A DNA stretch of 64,000 nucleotides from Octopus vulgaris (Eukaryota): positions 201,562,001 through 201,626,000 of the forward strand of contig OX597814.1 of NCBI GenBank assembly GCA_951406725.2, in the 5' to 3' direction. The notes beneath the pieces are model-generated. The model had not been told where the DNA came from. It saw only the letters and a program-made list of their open reading frames with translations, and ran no database searches. A program made the translations under genes and the position numbers. Numbering within the stretch: position 1 is the first letter of the stretch; the number at the start of each line of letters is the position of its first letter. Shown piece by piece: positions 52,220 to 64,000 of this stretch.

Positions 52220-52640
52220 GATTATGGCCGTTGCCAGCCTCGCCTGGCCCCTGTGCCGGTGGCACGTAAAAAGCACCATCCGTTCGTGGCCGTTGCCAGC
52301 GCCGCCCCGACTGGCCTCATGCCGGTGGCACGTAAAAAGCACCATCCGTTCGTGGCCGTTGCCAGCCTCGCCTGGCCCCCGTGCCGGTGGCACATAAAAA
52401 GCACCATCCGATCGTGACCGTTTGCCAGCCTCGTCTAGCACCTGTGCCGGTGGCATGTAAAAAGCACCCACTACACTCATGGAGTGGTTGGCGTTGGGAA
52501 GGGCATCCAGCCGTAGAAGCATTGCCAGATCAAACTGGGCCTGGTGCAGCCTTCTGGCTTCCCAGACCCCAGTTGAACCGTCCAACCCGTGCTAGCATGG
52601 AAAGCGGACGCTAAACGATGATGATGATGATGATGATGAT
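52220..52640 (+). mobile_element. Repeat D with internal tandem units
   Basis: GCCGGTGGCAC.TAAAAAGCACC repeated; (GAT)n tail. Confidence 0.85.
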
Positions 52641-52896
52641 TTTGATTGTACTTGACACAATAGGTCTCCTCAAGCATGGTGTGTCACCCAATGATTCAAA
52701 TGTACTTTTTAAATGGGCTGGTTATGCTACACTGGTATAGGCTACAGCTGTGATCTCATTTTATTTGCCAGGTCTTCTCAATCACAGCATATCTCCAGAG
52801 GTCTCAGTCATTCTAAATCAAAATACTCACAATCATCAAAATCTCAAAGCAACAAGATAATACATGATTGATTCGAAACAATGTGAATAAGTAATA

Positions 52897-53302
52897 CTCT
52901 TTTACTCTTTTACGTGTTTCAGTCATTTGACTGTGGCCATGCTGGAGCACCATCAAATCGACTCCAGGACTTATTCTTTGTAAGTCTAGTACTTATTCTA
53001 TCGGTCTCTTTTGCTGAACCACTAAGTTACGGGGACATAAACACACCAACATCGGTTGTCAAGCGATGTAGGGGGGACAAACACAGACACACAAACATAT
53101 ACACACACACATACATATCTATATACATATACATATATACGATGGGTTTCTTTCAGTTTCCGTCTACCAAATCCACTCACAAGGCTTTGGTCGGTCCGAG
53201 GCTATAGCAGAAGACACTTGCCCAAGGTGCCATGCAGTGGGACTGAACCCAGAACCACGTAGTTCGTAAGCAAGCTACTTACCACACAGCCACTCGTGCG
53301 CC
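52897..53302 (-). mobile_element. SINE-A
   Basis: Matches the other copies. Confidence 0.9.
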
Positions 53303-54131
53303 TATGTAATAATTAACATTTGACAGAGTAAGCTGAATGTTAGAGGGTTAAGGCAAATTGTAAAGTGAGCTCCTTAACCATGGGACCATTCTTACACCTA
53401 CAGAAACTGAAATTAGCTAAAATCCATTTCCAGGAATGATATCTTATTATAAAGAACAAATCTTCTACAAATTATCTCATGAACTTTTCATATGAAATAC
53501 TTTGCAGGAAAAATGCATCAAAATGAAGACCTCCAGTTTGAAACTTTTCTAACTCTATTTCTTCTCCTCTGACAATTATTTTCCTGGTTACTTCTTCAAT
53601 TTTTCAAAGTTTATTTTTGTTTACACTGATTGTCATAACAACCATTATGTTCTCATATTTCACAACATCCGAAACCTGACTAATGTATTCCTTTGCCAAT
53701 CTTTCTCTAATATCTCACAGTTCCAACATATTTTTCATTTAAAAAATTATGAATTATAACTTAATAAAGTTTCATAAAGTTTGTTTGAAATTACTGGCAA
53801 TGTACTTAACATCAGTCCAGTTATTTATAGAATTAGTCTGGAAAAACATTTGAAGATGTTTAAAGATTTTCAATTAGATTAGACTCTATCCATTCAGTCT
53901 CAGCATTTTACATAATAAATAATCAATGTTAGAGACCATTCCTTTTAAAATCAAGAGTAGAGTCCACAGTGATCCGTATGTAGGAGAGGTGCAGCCGGAG
54001 GGTAAATATCCAAATGAGAATCCGTAAAGGGTAGATAAAGAGTAGATAAAAAGTAGATAAAGAGTCCAGTGGAGAAGTTCGTGTGTGGTAAGAAATGACA
54101 GGATCAACATGTGCGACTGCGACCAGTCACC

Positions 54132-54496
54132 ATGATAGATCGTTAGCCACTACACACATTTATTTCTCTCCTTGTTTTTTCTGTGTCCCTTTCTGTAGAA
54201 GAGTGTAGGCTCGAAACATAAAAGACTTTTTCTATTCCTGAGCATTATACAAATACATCTGTTTGTTTTGTACACCACCTGTCTTCATCTTTTGTTTTTT
54301 TTGTAAACTCTCCCTATATATATATATATATATATATTGCTATGATAGATCGTTAGCCACTACACACATTTTTTTCTCTCCTTGTTTTTTCTGTGTCCCT
54401 TTCTGTAAAAGAGCGTAGGCTCGAAACGTAAAAGACTTTTTCTCTGTTTGTTTTGTATACCACCTGTCTTCGTCTTTTGTTTTTTTTGTAAACTCT

Positions 54497-54559
<63 letters not shown>

Positions 54560-54714
54560 ATAGATCGTTAGCCACTACACACATTTTTTCTCTCTTTGTT
54601 TTTTCTGTGTCCCTTTCTGTAGAAGAGCAGAGGCTCGAAACGCAAAAGACTTTTTCTCTGTTTGTTTTGTTCACCACTTGTCTTCGTCTTTTGCTTTTTT
54701 CTTAAACTCTCCCT
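54132..54714 (+). mobile_element. Three tandem 160-180-bp units separated by (TA)n, each with a hammerhead-like motif (CTGTAGA core)
   Basis: Consensus CTTT-CTGTAGA-a-GAGC-gtag-GCTC-GAAA-CG-TA-AAAG at 54189-54224, 54399-54434 and 54613-54648. Confidence 0.75.
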
Positions 54715-55942
54715 ATTCCTTTTAAAACACAGACTGTCGTTTAAATATCAAATGAAAGCCATATTCTGGGTAGCCCTTTAAACACTTCACATCTGGGTGC
54801 TCCAAGTCATGGAAATGGAAAACAAGCAAATGAGGGAGCCTCAGTGTTATCTTTCATCATCATAAATGTTTAACGTCTGATTTTTGTGTGCCAGCATGGG
54901 TTGGGTGGTATTTGTTGAGGCGGATTTTCTATGGCCAGATACCCTTCACCTGTTTCCAGGCAAGGCAGTCTGTGGCAGTGTGATCCAATTACAGCTGAGT
55001 GGACTGGAGCAACCTGAAAGAAAAGTTCTCAGCTCAATAGTTTAAATTACAATTCTATGGAATTTTTCTTTCCCTTTTTTTAAAAAATAATTTTGGCCTA
55101 AAAGTGAAAGATAAGCTTACTTAGATCTTCCATCTTGTTGACGTTTAATCTTAAGTCAACTAACCTATATCTGGAAGAACTCTGATTAAAGGCCTGTCAA
55201 CCAGGTTTTTTTCTATGTATGGTTTTTTAACCCTTTCTTTATTGCCCACAGGGGGCAAAACATAGAAGGGAAAAAGCAAGGACAGACAAAGGGATTAAGT
55301 TGATTACATAGCCCCCAGTGCGTAACTGATACTTATTTAATTGACCCTGAAAGGATGAAAGGCAGAGTCGACCTCAGCAGAATTTGAACTCAGAACGTTC
55401 TGATAGAATAAGTACAGGTCTTAAAAAAGTAAATAAATAAATAAAAGCAAAAAGTACTTGGTTTGATTGATTCACATAGAAATTCTTCAAGACGGTGCTC
55501 CAGCATGGCCACAGCCTAATGACAGATACAAGCAATATATAAATGACAAAAGATTTATGTAACTGTATCGTAGCCCTCGTTTCTATAGCTGTTATGCAAT
55601 ATATTGACGCATGATATACGATGGCCCTTGTGCCTCATAGCTTACTGTAACATATTTACGTAAATAGAATTTATTATGTAACATGTTTATGAATACGCTG
55701 TGCTGTAGCCCTTACACGTAATGTTTATTGATGGCTTGCCTGTTGTGTATTGTATGTAAAAGTTACGATGGGATGCTGTTACCGCTACTCCTGCTTGTGG
55801 TTTATTGTATGATATATTTATGTAAATGCCGTGATGTAAACGGTATCCCAATGTCTTATTAATATAATATATTCATCAACGTTTTATATTTTATCTAATA
55901 TTTCAAAACTGAAACATTTTTTTTCTTTGCCACCTCTTTCAG

Positions 55943-56020
55943 AATATTATAACACGTTCCATTTTCGTTGGGGACCATTTCCAATGCACTCGTACGAGAC
56001 AGAAATTAAGTGTTTGAGTG
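55943..56020 (+). CDS. Candidate 78-nt phase 1-1 exon (YYNTFHFRWGPFPMHSYETEIKCLS), product unknown
   Basis: Strong polypyrimidine acceptor TTTTCTTTGCCACCTCTTTCAG, G|GTTTGT donor, open frame. Confidence 0.35.
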
Positions 56021-56178
56021 GTTTGTCTAAAATACTTTTATGATACAAGTAAAATAAAATGGTTGCTAGCAATTGGCAAGACTTGGGTTTTGTTTTATTG
56101 GAAGCAGAAAATGGAATCTATGGCTTCTGTGCATGAGAAGCATTCTTTTTAAAAAGATGTTGAATTGTTTTCTGCAGT

Positions 56179-56340
56179 GGTGCAGGAGTGGCTGTGTGGT
56201 AAGTAGCTTGCTTACCAACTACATGGTTCCGGGTTCAGTCCCACTGTGTGGCACCTTGGGTAAGTGTCTTCTACTATAGCCTCAGGCCGACCAAAGCCTT
56301 GTGAGTGGATTTGGTAGACGGAAACTGAAAGAAGCCCGTC

Positions 56341-56387
<47 letters not shown>

Positions 56388-56697
56388 AGGTTAATCCAAA
56401 CGGGAAAACAGAAAAAACAACAACACGTGGAACAATTACAGTATTATTATTATTAGGCGCTCAGGAAAATGGAAATATATATATATATGTATATATATGT
56501 GTGTGTGCATATGTTTGTGTGTCTGTGTTTGTACCACAACATCACTTGACAACCGATGCTGGTGTGTTTACGTCTCCGTAACTTAGCGGTTTGGCAGAAG
56601 AGACCGATAGAGTAAGACTTATAAAGAGTAAGTCCTAGGGTTGATTTGCTTGACTAAAGGTGGGACTCCAGCATGGCCACAGTCAAATGACTAGAAC
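56179..56697 (+). mobile_element. SINE-A with a short insert in its (TA)n tract
   Basis: Matches the other copies; foreign segment at about 56388-56475. Confidence 0.85.
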
Positions 56698-56699
56698 AC

Positions 56700-57020
56700 G
56701 TAACAGAAAGTAATGAGAGTAGAATGACTGGCAAGGGCGAATGGAGTGGGGTGGTATGGGTATGTGTTGAGGAGGGATGAGGAGCTTGTTCTGAAGAGGG
56801 TGCTAGAGTTTGGGGTAAATGGACAGTGAAATTGAGGTAGACCAAAGAAAATGTGGAGGGGACAGGTGGAAGAGGAGATTGGGAGGGTTGGCTTGAGAAG
56901 GGGGGGATGCCCAAAACTGAGCAAGATGGTGTGATGGTGGTTGCTATGGTATTGAGGTAGATCCAGCCACTCCTGTTAACGGGAACAAAACCCGGATTTA
57001 AAATGATGGATGATGATGAT
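56700..57020 (+). mobile_element. RTE LINE 3' end
   Basis: GVGWYGYVLRR..LKRVLEFGV.G..GRPKKMW, followed by a (GAT)n tail. Confidence 0.8.
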
Positions 57021-57373
57021 GTATATATGATGATGGATGATGATGATGATGAGGAGGAGGAGGAGGAGGATGGATGATGATGATGATGACGATGATAATG
57101 AAGAGTAATGTTGTTTTGGCAGAGGTTTAGAGGGAGTTTTCTAATTAAGTGTGTAAGAGAAAGATATGCATATAAATGCAGGCGTAGCTGTGGGAGAAGA
57201 ACCTTGCTTTCCAGCCACATGGTTCTGGGTTCAGTTTCATTGTGTGGCACTTTGGACAAGCAGCTTCTACTATAGTCTCATACCTACCAAAGCCTTTGTC
57301 AATAGAATGTCAAGACAAGGAGATGCAAACACACATGAGTGCATGCATACAAACATATATGATTATATATATG

Positions 57374-57431
<58 letters not shown>

Positions 57432-57434
57432 CCA

Positions 57435-57481
<47 letters not shown>

Positions 57482-57491
57482 CATACATACA

Positions 57492-57527
<36 letters not shown>

Positions 57528-57533
57528 TATATA

Positions 57534-58118
57534 TGAGCAACTTGTTGCAATTAACCCTTAATTATAATTATTATAACCCTTACCAAATATGGTCTTTTCC
57601 ATACCGATAAATCTACTAGGTGAAATTTATTAATTTTATTAAATTAATTATATTCCACCCTTTTTTGCATATTGAATACTATTGCTCCATTACAAGAAAT
57701 CTACGAAATTTCGTTTCGTCGGTAAAGTTTTTGTAGCTCACGTGGTAATTTTGGAGGGAGATATGAATTCGCATGTCTGTATAAGTGTAGGAATGCTAGC
57801 AGTCCGTTAGATCGCTCGATGTCGCCGATCGTGCTGGTGTAACGGGTGAGTTTTTCCCCTAGCATTTCTAGATTTATAGGAAATATTATATTGACAAGGA
57901 AATGAGCCTTCGGTTCTAATCCAGAAACGATTTGTCTATAATTAATCCATAGGCTGGGATTTCGTTATTTTCTTCCTTTTTTGCCATATACAAGTTACAA
58001 ATTCTGTTTGTTTGTGGAGACTTTTTATTAGTAGAGGAAATAGTGATCAATTTGACTGCTATTTCTAATATTTTTGGTATGTGGTTTTGAGCAACTTGTT
58101 GCAATTAATCCTTAATTA

Positions 58119-58125
<7 letters not shown>
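57534..58125 (+). mobile_element. 554-bp terminally redundant retrozyme/pLTR-like monomer inserted in (TA)n
   Basis: 38-bp direct repeats at 57534-57571 and 58088-58125 (1 mismatch); internal hammerhead; long hairpin at 57792-57868. Confidence 0.75.
57885..57942 (+). ncRNA. Type-I hammerhead ribozyme motif with U3-A8 core variant
   Basis: ATTATA-TTGACAA-GGA..GAGCC-ttc-GGTTC..TCC-a-GAAAC-gattt-GTC-TATAAT. Confidence 0.75.
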
Positions 58126-58202
<77 letters not shown>

Positions 58203-58224
58203 AGTACATCAATATCATCATCAT

Positions 58225-59640
58225 TTAGCACCTGTTTTCGACAGTTTGACCAGAACTGGTAAAGGCCAGTGGCTTCGTCAGCAGCCTTGTCAGTCTCCAG
58301 TCTTCTGTTCTGTCATGGTTTCTACAGTTGGGTGCTCTTCCTAATGCCAACCACTCCGCAGAGTGTACTGGGCACCTTTTATGTGACACCAGCATCGGTA
58401 TCAATTCTGCTGTGGTGTGCAGGTCTTCTTGAGTAGAGCATTGTGCCAGATATCTCAATCCTTGGTCATCTTCTTCATAAGACTCAGTGTCTTGAGATCG
58501 GCCTTCAGTTCTTCATCCCATGTCTTTCTGGCTCTCCCAGTCTTCCACAAGCTCCATCTACTTTAAGCGATCAGAACTTCTACATGCAACACTCTACATT
58601 TATACACATCACATGACCAAACCAGCACAGTCTCATCTGTGCATCAAATTCCTCTTATGCCCAACTTCTCCCTGAATATACTAGCACCGTCACACATGTA
58701 CACGGGCATTGCACATTCAGCAGAGCATTCTAGCTTCATTCCTCTTTAGCCTTTGCATGTCATCTGCATCTCACTGCCATGTAGTATTGCTGTTTGCATA
58801 CATGCACCATACAATCTTCCTTTCATTTGAAGAGAGAAACCAATGGTTGCCAAAAGAGGTTAAATCTCACTGAATTTTCTCCATCTTCTTCTTATTCTAG
58901 TGACTATACTTTCTGTGTATCCTCCCCTACAGCTAATCAGCGCCCCATCCCCCCCACAGGTAGTCAACATTGCCCACTACCTCTAAAGAGCCTTCGGGGT
59001 ATTTGAGAAAATCAATTTCCTGAGTATCTATAGTTTTTATGGCTCCAGTGCCTCTTCCACATATGAACACTACCTTCTCTGATGACCTTCCTATTATTCC
59101 ACTGCACTTTGTGTATCCATAACTGACACTGGATACAGTGTATGGAATTACTACCTACACCCTATCTATGTATTGAGTAGAGCTGTTTACTTGATGAAGG
59201 AAGGGTCCTGTCTGTTTTCTTGCAAACTAGAAGCTTAGTCTTTGCTAAGTTAATTTTTAGGCCTTTTGATTCTAGGTTTTACTTCCACACCTGGAATTTC
59301 TTTGCTAGTTCTGTTACAGAATCTCCTATAAGAGCATGATGATCATCATATAACAGTTCCCAAGGGCAGCCAGTCTCGAATTCCCCTATAATGGCCTGGA
59401 GGATGATGATGAATAGGAGGGGACTGAGAACTGAACCCTAAATTCATCATTAGACTCATGGTTGACTTTCACCTTACTGACAAAACCTCTGTACATGGTT
59501 TATAAGGCTTTCAGAAGCCAATCATCTGCTCCTAATTTCTTCAGAACCCAGTATATCACACAGCAGGATATTCTTTCAAAAGCTTTTTCTGAGTCAACAA
59601 ATACCAAATACAATGGTTTGTTCTTGGCCTGGACAAAAGG
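58225..59640 (-). mobile_element. Decayed RTE-clade LINE (RT to 3' UTR)
   Basis: FVDSEKAFE, GSVLSPLLFIIIL, PWELLYDD and RLCWFGHV motifs. A further fragment lies at about 60180-60490. Confidence 0.85.
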
Positions 59641-59804
59641 AGAATTTGAAAATGAAAAGGAAAATAAAAGATAGTGTTTTATTGAAGCTGTAGAACTTCA
59701 CAAACCATTGTTCAGATTTTCATGTAAACCAATATCAGGAAAATGATCATTTATCCAAAACTGTGAGTAAGAGCTTGTGAAGTTTTACAGCTACTATAAC
59801 ACGG

Positions 59805-59843
<39 letters not shown>

Positions 59844-60499
59844 CAGATCGATAGATAGATATGTTTCTTTATTAGCCACACAGGGCTGCACACAGATGAG
59901 ACAGATTACAAAGTAGAGCTTTTCTTTTTTGGGGAGAGAAAAAAAGAAAAGTGGGGTAGGTTTTCGATCAAAAGGGATCATAAAAGGGAAAGAAAAAAAA
60001 GAAAAGAAACAGGAAAGGAAAAAAAACGATTAATAGGGATCATGTATCAGATAGATACAGAGAGAGAGAGAGAATCTGCTTCTTTCAGTTTCCGTTAGTC
60101 AAATTCCTTCACTAGACTCCTGTTGACCCAGGTCTATAGTTGAAGACACATGCTTATAGCACATAGTACATTCTACTCCAGTGCATTTGTCACATATGAA
60201 GCTTACATTCTTTGATAACCAGCCTGTGATTCCACAAGCTATGGACACACATCTTGTGCATCCATAGCTTAAATTGAGTCCAGCATGTGGAGTTTATACC
60301 AACTCCTTTTCTACATATCCTGCAAGGCCATTTCTCTGAAGATATCAGAATCCTGACATCTTTTCTCCTTACTAAGGCCTTAGTCTTTGCAAAGTTTACC
60401 TCAAACCTTCTCGATTCAAGATTTAGCTTCCATGCCTTAAATTTCCTCCCTAATTCCCCTGTAGATTCAACTATAAGAACTAGATTGCCAAATCATCGT

Positions 60500-60952
60500 C
60501 ATCATCATCATCATCATCATAGTTTAACGCCCGCTTTCCATGCAGAGCATGGGTTGGACATATGACTGAGGGCTGGCGAACCAGATGGCTGCACCAGGCT
60601 CCAATCTTGATCTGGCAGAGTTTCTACAGCTGGATGCCCTACCTAACACCAACCACTCCAAGAGTGTAGTGGGTGCTTTTATGTGCCACTGGCACGGGGC
60701 CAATCAGGCGGCACTGGCAATGACCTCACTCGAATCTTTTACACATGCCACCGGCACAGGTGCCAGTAAGGCGATGCTGGTAACGATCACGCTCAAATGG
60801 TGTCTTTTACGTGCCATCGGCATGGAGGCCATATAGCCACTCTGCCAACGATCACACTCAGATGGTGCTCTTAATACCCTACTAGCACAGGGCTCGAGTG
60901 CCAGTAAGGCGACGCTGGTAACGATCACGCTCAAATGGAGTCTTTTACGTGC
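60500..60952 (-). mobile_element. Repeat D
   Basis: Matches the other copies. Confidence 0.85.
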
Positions 60953-61268
60953 AATATGAATGATAAAAATAACAGTTTAACTTTTAAACCCCAAAGCCTC
61001 ATGGGACATTCTAGAAAACATTAACTGGCTAATATAAACCACGGAGTTCATCTCCCTGGAGAGAATTAATGCTATTTAAGCTAGAGGCCATGAATCTTTA
61101 GACCTACATTTAATTAAGATAATTTCCATTCTCCGTTTTTCTCTCCAAAAGATTATTCCTCTTGTGACTGCCACAATATTTCTCTATTTCTCATTTGCGA
61201 GGTATTCCACCTCTCATTGACATTTTTATTATTTCTTGATTTCTACACACAACCTACATATATATATA

Positions 61269-61652
61269 CTAGCAGTATCGCCCGGCGTTGCTCAGGTTTG
61301 TAAGGGAAATAACTATAAAGCATTTTTAGAAAGTTATAGCCAAAAAATAGCAAAAAAATGGAAAAAAAATGATGGTAAATTTTTTTGAGAGTTAAAAAAG
61401 GTGGAGTTGCGTCCCCTAGACGGTCTGTGGTTTGGGTTTCTGATTCTCGGCCCCATGTCGAATTTATCGATTTTTTTCAGAACTGGGGGAACTTTTCAAA
61501 ATTTTCGCTGCGTTAGTTTTGAATTATGACATTGGGCTATGTGTGTGTCAAGTTTCATCAGAATCGGTTGAAAGCCGTGGTCAGAGTGAGGGTACAACCT
61601 AACAGACACACAGAAACACACACAGACAAACTGCCGTTTATATAGAGAGAGA
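61269..61652 (-). mobile_element. Non-autonomous Helitron
   Basis: On the minus strand: A|TC 5' end, subterminal GC-rich hairpin, CTAG|T 3' end, no TSD. Confidence 0.85.
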
Positions 61653-61940
61653 TAACAAATTACGCATTATGTATATTGAAGATGTCTTGTATTATTAATA
61701 AACACTGTTGAAGATAATTCTTTCTCTTATTAATTATTCAACATATTCACCACAACACAATTGTAACCTCTTAACAAGTATCATAAAACAAGAGAAACAT
61801 TTACGGTAAAGTCTTTGATTGAATCAACATTTTCGATCTGTCAGAGTTAAAACTAACTGCAAGGCAGATCTGCAATTTAAAATACATTGCAATATATTAA
61901 TAGTATATTACATTATATTACAATATATAATATTATATTA

Positions 61941-61981
<41 letters not shown>

Positions 61982-61982
61982 A

Positions 61983-62065
<83 letters not shown>

Positions 62066-62357
62066 TCTATATACATACATACTTACACACACACACACAC
62101 ATATATAATATATATGTATGTATATGTTTATATATATATATAGGCGCAATGGCCCAGTGGTTAGGGCAGCGGACTTGCGGTCGGAGGATCGTGGTTTCGA
62201 TTCCCAGACCGGGCGTTGTGTGTGTTTATTGAGCGAAAACACCTAAAAGCCCCACGAGGCTCCGGCAGGGGATGGTGGTGATCCCTGCTGTACTCTTTCA
62301 CCACTCTAAAGGCGGTGCTCCAGCATGGCCGCAGTCAAATGACTGAAACAAGTACAA

Positions 62358-62388
<31 letters not shown>

Positions 62389-62409
62389 TGTATATTTATT
62401 TACTTTTTT

Positions 62410-62635
62410 CTTGTTTTACTTGTTTCAGGCATTTGACTGCAGCCATGCTGGAGCACCTTTATTCGAACACATCGACCCCAGGATTTATTCTTTGTGAGCC
62501 TAGTACTCATTCTATTGGTCTCTTTTGCTGAAGCGCTAGGTTACAATGATGTAAGTACACCAACATCGCTTGTCAAGTGATGGTGAAGGAACAAACACAG
62601 ACAGACAAACGCACACACACACACAGATATCTATC

Positions 62636-62686
<51 letters not shown>

Positions 62687-62844
62687 GGCTTCTTTCAGTT
62701 TCCATCTACGGAATCCCCTCACAAGGCTTTCGTCAGCCTGAGGCTATAGTAGAATACACTTGTGCAAGTTGTCACACAGTTGGACCGAACCCAAAATGAT
62801 GCAGTTGGTAAGCAAGCAACTTACCACACAGCCACTCCTGCGCC
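62410..62844 (-). mobile_element. SINE-A
   Basis: Matches the other copies. Confidence 0.85.
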
Positions 62845-62856
62845 TATATACATATA

Positions 62857-63232
62857 CTAGCAGTATCGCCCGGCGTTGCTCGGGTTTGTAAGGGAAATAA
62901 CTATAAAGCAATTTTAGAGAGTTATAGCCAAAAAATGGGGTGGGGGGGGTAATGATGGTAAATTTTTTTTAGTTAAAAAGGTCGAGTTGCGTCCCCTAGA
63001 CAGTCTGTGGTTTGTGTTTGTGATTCTCGACCCCATGTCGAATTTATCGATTTTTTTCAGAACTGGGGGAACTTTTCAAAATTTTCGCTGCGTTAGTTTT
63101 GAATTATGACATTGGGCTGTGTGTGTGTCAAGTTTCATCAGAATCGGTTGAAAGCCGTGGTCAGGGTGAGGGTACAACCTAACAGACACACAGAAACACA
63201 CACAGACAAACTGCCGTTTATATATAGAGAGA
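62857..63232 (-). mobile_element. Non-autonomous Helitron, near-identical to 61269-61652
   Basis: CCCGAGCAACGCCGGG hairpin, CTAG|T end and A|TC start. Confidence 0.88.
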
Positions 63233-64000
63233 TAAAACAACTTTGATTTACACAGAAAAATAAAATAAAAAATTAATTTATCAAAAGATGTGTCTGAGAA
63301 ATTATGTATTTATTGATGATTTCTTGTCTCTACATATAAATGATCTGAAATAAAAAGGAATAACTTAGACAGTTGCGACTACGAATATTTTTTACTTTGC
63401 GTTTGATAAATATATTAGCTTGAGAAAACTAACAATTATAAAGTTAGTATTATATAATCAAAGCGTTCAGGTGTAAAATTGTATTTGAGATGTCAACTAA
63501 AGAAGCGAATAGTAGACCGGATTAGAGGAAGCAGCTGATGTGTTTTACAAAAATTCCACCATTTGTTATAGAATGGCTGATAATAATACTAAGGATGTGA
63601 CTAATCAGAAGACAAACATGCAAAGAAACCATTTGAATTGATGAACACTGGGAAATAATTAAACTGAAAGCAAATTCTAACAGACATTTTAATGAGAAAT
63701 CATTGATAGAATAAAGGGATAAAATGAGATGAATTACTTTACATATTGGCAATTTGTTGACATTGTTCAAACTATTTCATGTTGTTCAATCAATTTTGTG
63801 ATGTTGTGACATTTATCCTGTATCAGAACAGAAGGGCAAAATTTAGTTATAAGTGTTACATCTGCATTGTCATTGTCTTTTGTCTGACTGCCAGAATGGT
63901 TTACATTTTAAGTCGCTGTCCTCTTCTTATTTCTTTACTGCTCACAAGGGGCTACAAAGAGGGGACAAACAAGGACAGACAAATGGATTAAGTCGATTAG

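Noticed and set aside
55558-55877. Solo LTR (TG..CA, CpG-retaining)
   Set aside because: No TSD, terminal inverted repeat or second copy in the window.
62143-62215. tRNA gene
   Set aside because: It is the tRNA-like head of SINE-C and continues into the SINE body; the same applies to SINE-A and SINE-B heads.
63490-63900. Coding-like unique sequence
   Set aside because: Frequent stops in the frames examined and no recognisable motif.

Overview
AT-rich, repeat-dominated eukaryotic DNA. The SINE, LINE and microsatellite content matches my recollection of octopus (cephalopod) genomes; this assignment is an inference. No intact protein-coding gene is supported, and nearly all ORFs in the track are microsatellite or SINE artefacts. 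Recognisable content: three tRNA-type SINE families; RTE and CR1 LINE fragments; a stack of R4/Dong-clade fragments in (TAA)n tracts; a mariner remnant; hAT-type MITEs; two non-autonomous Helitrons; a Penelope-like GIY-YIG fragment next to a full-length, diverged U2 snRNA copy; and a few weak candidate exons. The most notable signal is about nine unrelated repeat families, each carrying a minimal type-I hammerhead ribozyme motif of the Penelope/retrozyme kind. Two families have a compensatory U3-A8 core and one has an A6U core. One copy is a 554-bp monomer with terminal direct repeats. Several insertions are fold-back inversions pivoting at or near the ribozyme, and two families share a three-hairpin module downstream of it. 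All structures were folded by eye. Repeat boundaries are approximate.
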